From NCBI GenBank assembly GCA_016933575.1, contig JAFGAR010000088.1:32001-96000 (forward strand): 64,000 bases of DNA. The letters run 5' to 3'. Position numbers and translations under genes: made by a program. Positions within the stretch are counted from its first letter, which is position 1. Each line of letters starts with the position of its first letter. This document shows, piece by piece, positions 56,342 through 64,000 of the stretch. The notes beneath the pieces were generated by a model, which searched no databases, was not told where the DNA came from, and saw nothing but the letters and a program-made list of their open reading frames with translations. This stretch comes from Candidatus Thorarchaeota archaeon. GTDB taxonomy: Archaea > Asgardarchaeota > Thorarchaeia > Thorarchaeales > Thorarchaeaceae.

Positions 56342-57304
56342 TTGAAAGAGTTGACCAAAGCCAGAACTGAACTAACAGAGGAGATAATTACTCAGTTAGA
56401 TGAGGCTGGATTTAGTCTATCAACTCAGTGTGATGTGAGACCCAGTTGTTTTGATATGGTTGCTCGAAAAGGCAATCGCCTTCTCTTGGTTAAGATCCTC
56501 TCAAATATTGATGCTCTGACCAAGGAAGATGCTGAGGCACTTCAGCTTGTAGCCAACTTCTTTATGGCAACACCGTTGATTGTAGGAAAAAAGACGAGAA
56601 AAGGTGAACTAGACCCCGGAGTTGTTTACAAAAGACATGGTGTCTCTACAATAGCTCCACCTAGTTTTCAAGAGATGATTGCAGAGGAACGAATGCCTCG
56701 TGAATATGCGCAAAGAGGTGGGAGACTTGTTGCAATTGATGGGGCGAAGCTCAGAGAGGCAAGGCTACAACACAACATGACCACAGGTGAACTTGCTGAG
56801 TGTGTCCAAGTTTCTGCCAGAGCTATTCTAGCATATGAAAAAGACCAGATGGACATCAGTATTGACACTGCAGAACGACTTGAGGAATATCTCGAAACTG
56901 ACCTGATGATTCCAATCGATCTTCTTCATGGTCAAGAAGAGAAGACACTACCGCAACATGGTGGACCAACTGATGTCTTAGAACGACGGGTGAACGAGTT
57001 CTTTGCTAGACTTGGAATGAAGGTCCTGTGGACAGACCGAGCACCGTTCCATGTAGCTGCCAAAGAAACAGGACCACCGTTGATTTCGGGGATAGGCTCA
57101 ATCAGAAGTTGGAGTCTCAAGAAACGTATGGAGATTCTCAAGAGCGTGTCAAAAGTCTCAGAGTCAGATGCTGTCATCTTTGTGGAAGAAGGTCAATCTG
57201 AAGAGAACGTATCAGATCTTCCTGTCATTAGGCAACTTGAGCTCGATAATATTGATAAACCTCGTGAACTCAAAAAGATTATTGCAGAGAGATCTGGAGA
57301 ATGA
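56342..57304 (+). CDS. Archaeal HTH transcriptional regulator (COG1395-like)
   Basis: SCFDMVAR, KIL.NID, RGG..V.IDG..LR..R, Cro-type HTH. Confidence 0.85.
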   Translation: MKELTKARTELTEEIITQLDEAGFSLSTQCDVRPSCFDMVARKGNRLLLVKILSNIDALTKEDAEALQLVANFFMATPLIVGKKTRKGELDPGVVYKRHGVSTIAPPSFQEMIAEERMPREYAQRGGRLVAIDGAKLREARLQHNMTTGELAECVQVSARAILAYEKDQMDISIDTAERLEEYLETDLMIPIDLLHGQEEKTLPQHGGPTDVLERRVNEFFARLGMKVLWTDRAPFHVAAKETGPPLISGIGSIRSWSLKKRMEILKSVSKVSESDAVIFVEEGQSEENVSDLPVIRQLELDNIDKPRELKKIIAERSGE

Positions 57305-57311
57305 GAAGATT

Positions 57312-57995
57312 TCATTCAAGTCGTGTCTGTTCTGTAGATTCTTCATCAATGATTCTCCTCACAGAGTCCCAACTATGACGAACAATGGATGGTAGTTTCT
57401 TACCGGTTCGAACCAAATTTCTTACGAAATCAACAGTTTTGGGATCTGATGGATACCCAGAACCAAAATCTCCATATTTTTGATGAAGATTGGTAATGAT
57501 TCTGTCCCGTTCAACTTTTGCAAGGATTGAAGCAGCTGAAACTATCGGATATTTAGAATCTGCCTTGTGCTCAGATACGATGATAGTGCCCTTTGCTGCG
57601 AGACCGCTTATTTTTCCAATCTTACTTCCAAATCGGTCAGCCTTCACATCTGCAGCATCAAGATAGACTTTCTCAGGTTTCAGTGTCTTCACTATGGACA
57701 CAAACTCAGAGACTTCAATCTCATTCAGGGTCGTGTGTTTTCGTAAGCTATCAATGTCAGAAGCAGAAATCTCTCGAATTGCAATCTTCTTGGCAATTTT
57801 CATGATTTTTTCACTCAATTTCTCACGTTGCTTGGGGGAAAGTAACTTTGAGTCTCGAACATTGAGTGCTTCGAGTTCATGCATCCTATCTGCATCTACG
57901 AGAACTCCGCAGATAATCATGGGACCAATCATCGGACCTCGACCAGCTTCGTCTACACCTGCGATTCCTGTAAGGCTGGCATCCCGTTTGGTCAT
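57312..57995 (-). CDS. rnhB: Ribonuclease HII
   Basis: GVDEAGRGP, DSKLL, HKAD, SAASILAKV.RD, GSGYPSDP motifs. Confidence 0.96.
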   Translation of the reverse strand: MTKRDASLTGIAGVDEAGRGPMIGPMIICGVLVDADRMHELEALNVRDSKLLSPKQREKLSEKIMKIAKKIAIREISASDIDSLRKHTTLNEIEVSEFVSIVKTLKPEKVYLDAADVKADRFGSKIGKISGLAAKGTIIVSEHKADSKYPIVSAASILAKVERDRIITNLHQKYGDFGSGYPSDPKTVDFVRNLVRTGKKLPSIVRHSWDSVRRIIDEESTEQTRLE

Positions 57996-58057
57996 GATGC
58001 AAGAGAGAAAAAAAGTCCCTTATTACCGTTCAGTATGGAAGGATATCAAAGAAAGAG

Positions 58058-58195
58058 TGGTGGGGACGGTGGGATTTGAACCCACGATCGACGAGTTACG
58101 CCATGACGACGGTCGTTTGTTGACCCCGTCCATTTCTAGCGCGAATCGCGCCCAGATCTGGAGCCCGTCGCCATACCGGTCTAGGCCACGTCCCC
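58058..58195 (-). tRNA. tRNA-Trp(CCA) with a 61-nt canonical intron (58097-58157)
   Basis: GGGGACG/CGTCCCC-A-CCA; ACGGG-CTCCAG|...|A-CTCGT; GTGGG-TTCAAAT-CCCAC. Confidence 0.92.
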
Positions 58196-58687
58196 GGTGG
58201 CTGGAGGGGTGACCAAATTTTAAGTTAAGAAGTTTTCTACGTGAAACGCAGTTTGTAGATGATGTATCTATATTTCTACAAAAAAGGTGGAAGATAGAAC
58301 TATATTGTTCATAATCGTACAAAATAAAGTACACTGAAATTTAACGTTTTCATCAGTGATTATTGCTAGTTTTGGATGAAATCTTAGAGAGTATCTATCA
58401 ATTAGGATTGCTATTTGTTAACCGTGTATCATGAGAATAGAATATGTGAGTGATATAACAATGATACCAGATTTTAGCCCAAGCATTCCGGAACCCTGGT
58501 AGTAATCCGGAATATACTAAGATTATACACACAAATTTCAGAGATAATACCAGATTTATTGTCCTCTAAATGAGGACAATTTCTATTATTTATTGACTGA
58601 AATTGTTTGATATGTACAAATAATGGACAATTCTAAAAGGAAATCTCCTATCAATGCGTAGTAGATTCTACTTAGGAGCATACCCGC

Positions 58688-60709
58688 TTGTCGTCACTCA
58701 GTGATATGAATGTACAAATATTGACGAGAGATGGTTGGAGTAATGGTTCTATTATAATAAACAAGATGGGTATGAATATCAAACTGGCTTCAGGTCAAAT
58801 TCTTACAGGTAAAGAAAAATCAAAAATTCTTTACGAGATGAATATTCAAATTCTCCCTTCTATGGAAGGAAATAAAGAAATCTCCCACTTAGAGCCAAGT
58901 TTTAAGATATCACTTAAACCACTTTTGCAGACATATCACAGGTACAATCCCCATTGGGGTCAATACATTGAGGATATTTTTCCACCATCCACACTGGGAT
59001 TTTATGGGCGAATGAAAACTGGAAGAGAAAAATTTCTCTATATCGTACAGGAGATAGAAGATGATTCCAGATTATGGCTTACTATAGCAGATGCCAACAA
59101 AGGCGAAATATATGAAGCACACACAATTCACCAATTTGAGGTTGAAAGCATCTCTTTAATTGATAGTCAGGAATTCAGGCATAAATGGTATGAAACTATA
59201 TGGTCAGAAATTCCTTCTTCAGAGAGAGATGAGATTCTGAATATACTAGATAGCCCTACCGTATCATGGAGTGATTTTGCTAAACTATTGGAAGATGTAT
59301 CTGTACCTAATCTCGAACTTGGAAAGACGATGAGAGATACTTTTTCTCAACTTATTCCATCGAATTTTCCAGAAGAAGTTCAGGAGCAGTTGATGCTTTT
59401 TTTGGCATTCATATCAATGAAAAAAGCTCCAAATGAGGATCCAATTGACTATTTGTATAAATTCTGGTCATTCCCGATACTTGGAGCCTTGATGGAAGGA
59501 CATTTGATGTGTTTAGTAGATGGTGTTGATTGCCCTCCGTATCTCAAACTCTTAACTCTAGCTAATAGACAGCATCTAATTGCGCCAACGAGAGCGATAG
59601 AAAACATAGTTATGGATTCACCGTGGCTTTTATTCTGGCAAAAAACTATCGAACAATTTCCAAACTGGTTCAATATAGCAGCAGAAATGGTTAAGGATTT
59701 GAATGCCAGAGAATCGATTGTTACTAAACCACCGATAACAGAATCTGCTGCAAAGAGATCTAAAGAACTTTGGAAAAAAAGGCTTGCAATCCTAATTTAT
59801 GAACTTAGAATTATGGGGAGAACCAACTCTCAATCATTGGGGCTTAAGGAACTCGTATATCTTGGGTCAGCCTATCGATGGCCACACAGACATATGAAAT
59901 TCATTACCCAATTAGGTAGTACCGGAGAAAACCCACCTTATCTTCAAGTAATGGTTATGCCACCATCTGCAGCAGTTCGGGTGAAGAGAGTTCTACCAGC
60001 AGTAGTAATCTTGTCTTGGATTACTAGAACCTCTAATATCGATCTATTCGATTTGGAAAAGAAAAAATGGGTAGTCCCAACTGAACAAATCATTTCTTCA
60101 ATTGCAAATACAAGTTCTCTCAATAAAATTACGAATAGATTTGGTATCAAAAGGACTGTTGATAACTACAGGATTACATCAAAGGAAGCAAAGGTTCTGG
60201 ATTTAGCAGCAGAGGGAATTAGATTAGCTGGAATTGAGAGAAGCGAGTATCTTAAGCCTTGGGGATTGGATTGGAAACAAATTCGATTCTTATTATCAAA
60301 TCTCTCCAATCGTGACGTAATTCAGTTGTTTTATGAAGTGTCGGATCAGAAGCTTATTTCGTTGGCAACAATCATTCAAGGACCTCCTGAAAGAGTATTA
60401 TCTTTGTGTTCTTCAATGTTAGAATATACTCCCACTACTTTAGCAATGATAGGAGAAAGAAGTGACCAAGCTGTTCTACTTACAAGAATACCTGAAACTC
60501 CAGCTTATGAGATAGCTTCGCAGTTACCCACACAAGGACTGGAGCAGGGTCTCACAATTAGATGTCTTCGTCCAACAAAATATCAAAGTTACTCTCACAA
60601 TCTCTATCAAAGGCTACTTAGAGAAGATGGAACTTGGGATGATGATGTGAGTGCATTCCTCTCCCAGGCTAGGTCCAAGAGAAGAGAGCTGTCAGAGAGT
60701 AATGCTTAA
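58688..60709 (+). CDS. Hypothetical 673-aa protein, possible C-terminal wHTH/Lrp-like region
   Basis: Long ORF with a GGAG SD; the C-terminal ITSKEAKVLDL...IRFLLSNLSNRDVI segment resembles a wHTH. Confidence 0.65.
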   Translation: MSSLSDMNVQILTRDGWSNGSIIINKMGMNIKLASGQILTGKEKSKILYEMNIQILPSMEGNKEISHLEPSFKISLKPLLQTYHRYNPHWGQYIEDIFPPSTLGFYGRMKTGREKFLYIVQEIEDDSRLWLTIADANKGEIYEAHTIHQFEVESISLIDSQEFRHKWYETIWSEIPSSERDEILNILDSPTVSWSDFAKLLEDVSVPNLELGKTMRDTFSQLIPSNFPEEVQEQLMLFLAFISMKKAPNEDPIDYLYKFWSFPILGALMEGHLMCLVDGVDCPPYLKLLTLANRQHLIAPTRAIENIVMDSPWLLFWQKTIEQFPNWFNIAAEMVKDLNARESIVTKPPITESAAKRSKELWKKRLAILIYELRIMGRTNSQSLGLKELVYLGSAYRWPHRHMKFITQLGSTGENPPYLQVMVMPPSAAVRVKRVLPAVVILSWITRTSNIDLFDLEKKKWVVPTEQIISSIANTSSLNKITNRFGIKRTVDNYRITSKEAKVLDLAAEGIRLAGIERSEYLKPWGLDWKQIRFLLSNLSNRDVIQLFYEVSDQKLISLATIIQGPPERVLSLCSSMLEYTPTTLAMIGERSDQAVLLTRIPETPAYEIASQLPTQGLEQGLTIRCLRPTKYQSYSHNLYQRLLREDGTWDDDVSAFLSQARSKRRELSESNA

Positions 60710-60736
60710 AACCAAACGTGGAAACGAAACCTCTTG

Positions 60737-60853
60737 ATGGCGGCCATAGACCTAAGTGTACACCTGAACTCGGCCGAACTCAGAAGTTAAGACTTAGGCC
60801 GTCTGGGAAGATGTGCAGTGCGCGAGCCTGTGACAGGTCCCAGAGCTGCCACA
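60737..60853 (+). rRNA. rrf: 5S rRNA (stand-alone)
   Basis: TGGCGGCCATAG...ACACC....CCGAAC.CAGAAGTTAAG...GCGCGAGC...GCTGCCA; termini pair; about 117 nt. Confidence 0.9.
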
Positions 60854-60912
60854 TTCTCTTCTTCTATTTGCTCCAAACAATGTATCGATAGAAGCCATTA
60901 AAAGAATAATAA

Positions 60913-62052
60913 ATGAAATCGGATTTGATTTACATGCAGCTAGGCGCAACTAATGAATACAGTTGGATTATCAACATAGCATTCTTTGCCTTCATCATGC
61001 TATTCAGCCTATATGGAGCCAAATTCCAAATGTGGCAGTGGTTGAAACAGATTGAGATGGGACTGAGTGAGATGAAGCGTATGTTTGTCGAGTCTCGACA
61101 GACAGCTATTGATACATTCAAGGAATATGGAAAATCAGAAGAAGACATTGCTAAAGAGCTGGATAGATGGATGGACTATTTCACCATTATGCCTGTCGAT
61201 TTAGATCCAGCAGGAATTCTCAAGCGACTTGATCATCTATTAGATGAGCGAAGGGACAGATTTCAAGAGTTTGTTGCAGAATTAGCACCAGAGTCAAACG
61301 TGAGTATGAACCAGAATCTGGAGAATACCCTTGAAGTCACACAAGTTCTGGGATTAATATATCGAGTTGTCAGGCACTTCTACATTCTTGGAAAGAAGAC
61401 TGGCAGTCAGATTATGATTATGCAGATTCAGATGCAAATGCCGGACCTACTTAGACTTGCTAAGGCGTACTATGATGCCATTGGTGCATTCTCAGAAGGC
61501 AAACCAATTGGAGACAGTATTGGTCCCCTAGTCATTACTAGGTTTGCTAGAGAGTATGGTGCAACTCCAGAGAGCTACAACCATGAGATATCCAGAGAAG
61601 TGGGATATTATGTTATTGAATCTGAAGGACGAACTGTCTATGCACTTAGAGCAACAGGACCTGGTGGTACTGTTGGCAAGCCTGGTTTCGGTGTTCAGAG
61701 ACTTGTTGAAAAACATGGTAAGAATATCACACGGATTATCACCATTGATGCTGCCCTCAAATTCGAAGGTGAAGAACTAGGCCGTGTTTCCGAAGGGACA
61801 GGTGCAGCCATAGGCGATCCTGGACCGGAGAAACATGCAATAGAGCAGACAGCAACTGAACACGGGATTGGAATTGAGGCCATTGTCATCAAGGAGGATG
61901 AAGCAGCTGCAGTGGGAATTATGGACAAAAAGATCCTTGATGCTGTGCCAGAGGTCATTTCACGAATAAAAGAATCAATCCTCAAGAGGACAAAGCCAGG
62001 AGAGAGTATCATCCTAGCTGGGATTGGAAATACCATCGGTATTGGTCTGTGA
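60913..62052 (+). CDS. DUF1512-like conserved archaeal protein
   Basis: PVDLDPAG, PIGDSIGP, GPGG.VG.PG, IDAALK.EGE, G.AIG..G.EK, GIGNT.G motifs. Confidence 0.8.
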   Translation: MKSDLIYMQLGATNEYSWIINIAFFAFIMLFSLYGAKFQMWQWLKQIEMGLSEMKRMFVESRQTAIDTFKEYGKSEEDIAKELDRWMDYFTIMPVDLDPAGILKRLDHLLDERRDRFQEFVAELAPESNVSMNQNLENTLEVTQVLGLIYRVVRHFYILGKKTGSQIMIMQIQMQMPDLLRLAKAYYDAIGAFSEGKPIGDSIGPLVITRFAREYGATPESYNHEISREVGYYVIESEGRTVYALRATGPGGTVGKPGFGVQRLVEKHGKNITRIITIDAALKFEGEELGRVSEGTGAAIGDPGPEKHAIEQTATEHGIGIEAIVIKEDEAAAVGIMDKKILDAVPEVISRIKESILKRTKPGESIILAGIGNTIGIGL

Positions 62053-62062
62053 GGTGCGAAAA

Positions 62063-62422
62063 ATGAGCGTACTATCAAAAGGATTAGGCCTTATTCTCTC
62101 AGGTGTTGGATTTGTTCTCCTATTTTATGGTATGAGTACAACTGATGCACTGTCATTTGTATGGTCATTCATCGGGCTCATTGTAATGTCATTTGGATTT
62201 GCGTTCCTAACTGCAGGGAAACCAAAGGAAAAGAAACCGCCGCCGCCAACAGTGACTGAGATACAATGTGGCAGTTGCGATTTCAAGGAGATACGCGATT
62301 TCCAGAGGGGCGATCATGTCCTGAAAATTGTAGAAGCTGCATGTCCAAAGTGCCAAGGCACAATGACAATTGAGGGTGTCTACATCATAAGGGAAGAACC
62401 CGAAGAGAAGTACAATGTCTAA
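62063..62422 (+). CDS. Membrane protein with a C-terminal zinc ribbon
   Basis: 2 TM helices, CxxC...RDF..GD...CPKC...IEG.Y; GAGGTG SD. Confidence 0.7.
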   Translation: MSVLSKGLGLILSGVGFVLLFYGMSTTDALSFVWSFIGLIVMSFGFAFLTAGKPKEKKPPPPTVTEIQCGSCDFKEIRDFQRGDHVLKIVEAACPKCQGTMTIEGVYIIREEPEEKYNV

Positions 62423-63318
62423 GTCCGTTGGGTGAGAATCACAGGACCATTCTCAGATACGAAGATTGTGTGTTCGGCCTGACTCACAGGTCGACCCTTC
62501 TTTTCTATCTGAAGCGGGTATCCACGGATTGCTCTCGCACGGATCAAGTTACGTATCTCTTCAACAATATCAATTTCTTTATCAGCTGAACCAATCCATC
62601 TTGATGCAAATGGGTAAGGGCCATATTTTTCTCGTAGATAGACTCTAAGCTTCTCTGTTGCCCCATCAAGAACTTTGTCTATACCAGTATTCGAAAAGAT
62701 GTAGACATATTCACTGTCTACAACAGTCCCGATACCACTTGTTGCGAAGGGTTCTATTGCATAGTACTCGCCAACCTCAACAACAGGCGTTCCCCGTTTC
62801 TTGATATTTGGAACTTGTTTTCCAGCATGAAGACGATGCCTTTTGATACTGTGACCTGTAAGATTGGAGATTGGTCGTAGACCATAAGCCTTGATTACTT
62901 TCTCAATAGTGGCTCCAATATCACCGAGTGCCACCCCAGGCTTTATCATAGAAATTGCCTCCTCAAGAGCATCTTCTGTTGCTGCAACGAATCCATCAAG
63001 GGTCCCATCGATATCCACAGTGAGAGCTGTATCAGTGATGTAACCATCCACATGAACCCCAACATCCAGTTTGACTAGTCCAAATTCAGGGATTTCGCTT
63101 CGGTCACCACGGGGAGAAGTGCTATGTGCAGCAATATGATTAATTGATACATTGCATGGAAATGCAGGAATTCCACCATATTCTCTGATTTTGTTCTCAG
63201 CTGTTGCACAAATCTTGAGAATTCTTGCCTTTGGCTCAATCATATGGCTGATGTCCTCGAGAACACGAGCAGCAATTTCGCCAGACTTGAGAGCTAAGGG
63301 ATCAGGATTGGGGACCAT
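62419..63318 (-). CDS. map: Methionine aminopeptidase type II
   Basis: AFPCN.S.N..AAH, D.GVHVDG.I.D.A, GH, HAG, AIEPF, EHT motifs. Confidence 0.95.
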   Translation of the reverse strand: MVPNPDPLALKSGEIAARVLEDISHMIEPKARILKICATAENKIREYGGIPAFPCNVSINHIAAHSTSPRGDRSEIPEFGLVKLDVGVHVDGYITDTALTVDIDGTLDGFVAATEDALEEAISMIKPGVALGDIGATIEKVIKAYGLRPISNLTGHSIKRHRLHAGKQVPNIKKRGTPVVEVGEYYAIEPFATSGIGTVVDSEYVYIFSNTGIDKVLDGATEKLRVYLREKYGPYPFASRWIGSADKEIDIVEEIRNLIRARAIRGYPLQIEKKGRPVSQAEHTIFVSENGPVILTQRT

Positions 63319-63372
63319 GGTACCACCTTGGCGAGACAGTGTAACGGAGCTTCTTAAGCGGTTCCATGTCCG

Positions 63373-64000
63373 CTATATGGTTTCAGAGTCTCGATGAGTC
63401 GAAACGATAGCACCGTTTTCACCTACAAAGACACTATGTTCAAACTGGGAAACCATACCGTTTCGTCCCTCGTAGAGAACAGGGTATCCATGTATCACAT
63501 CTGCGCGTTGAAGTAATTTGATTGCCACATCAATGTCAATCCCTTCAATTTTGCCATGAAGCCAGCGTGAAGCCCAAGGAAGAGTCTTGAAGAGATGGCG
63601 TGCAGTGTTTCGCACTCTTAGAGCCTGATGATCGAGCTTCTTCTTATTCTTCAGGTTGTTTGAGAAGATATAAGCATCTGAACCACTCTTAATTGTGCCA
63701 TTGCCATCAGTAGCAAAGGGTTCAATGGCATAGGTTTCACCAAGATTCATCACTGGCGAAACTCTCTGTCCAATATTAGGCACATTCTTTCCTGCATGAA
63801 GAACCCACTGTTTTAGCTGGTGTCCAGAGAGTTGATGGATGGGTCTGAGACCGTCTTTCTTTATTGCACGTTCTATTGCTTGACCCACTTCGCCCACATG
63901 AACTCCGGGACCAACAGTTTCCACTGCCGCCTGAAGTGCATTCTTTGCCGCGGCTATGAATCTATCATATGAACCATCAAGATCTACCGTGATTGCTGTA
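63373..64000 (-). CDS. map: Methionine aminopeptidase type II, second paralog; 5' end outside the window
   Basis: Frame stays open to the window edge (TAITVDLDGSYD...); SGH, HAGK, AIEPFAT, QFEHS motifs. Confidence 0.9.
   Translation of the reverse strand, partial: TAITVDLDGSYDRFIAAAKNALQAAVETVGPGVHVGEVGQAIERAIKKDGLRPIHQLSGHQLKQWVLHAGKNVPNIGQRVSPVMNLGETYAIEPFATDGNGTIKSGSDAYIFSNNLKNKKKLDHQALRVRNTARHLFKTLPWASRWLHGKIEGIDIDVAIKLLQRADVIHGYPVLYEGRNGMVSQFEHSVFVGENGAIVSTHRDSETI

Noticed and set aside
58097-58157. Box C/D guide RNA in the tRNA-Trp intron, as in Euryarchaeota
   Set aside because: No RUGAUGA or CUGA boxes are visible; only two hairpins.
57694-58334. ORFs 57694-58212 and 58023-58334
   Set aside because: They overlap rnhB and tRNA-Trp and show no protein motifs.
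58200-58690. Replication origin
   Set aside because: AT-rich with repeats, but no ORB consensus and no adjacent orc1/cdc6.

Overview
Archaeal chromosomal segment, most likely from an Asgard archaeon (Thorarchaeia-like). This is an inference from the combination of eS30, a TFE-beta/RPC34-like protein, SmAP3-type Lsm, the H4MPT C1 genes ftr/fwdC/mch, cdrS-ftsZ, SelD, LRR/SBBP/NosD proteins and multi-intron tRNAs. Most of the window is housekeeping: acs, trm1, rlmE, gar1, srp19, pyrB/D/K, rpl3-4-23-2, elp3, nop5-fibrillarin, rnhB, two map paralogs, four intron-containing tRNAs and a stand-alone 5S rRNA. The main accessory feature is a ~7 kb block (about 32.5-39.45 kb) between rpl2 and cdrS-ftsZ. 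It holds a 558-aa TnpB-like RuvC protein with the Fanzor-type rearranged catalytic site, structured non-coding sequence on both sides and no transposase gene. Divergent from it is a 1615-aa protein with a RecB/Cas4-like nuclease motif set followed by a P-loop-like region. Other notable items are a HypD-like glycyl-radical enzyme with CVT in place of the catalytic CVE, a NifS-SelD fusion, a Cys-rich ORF with an in-frame TGA, and introns at T-loop position 58/59 in three tRNAs. All calls come from reading motifs by eye; no database searches were run.
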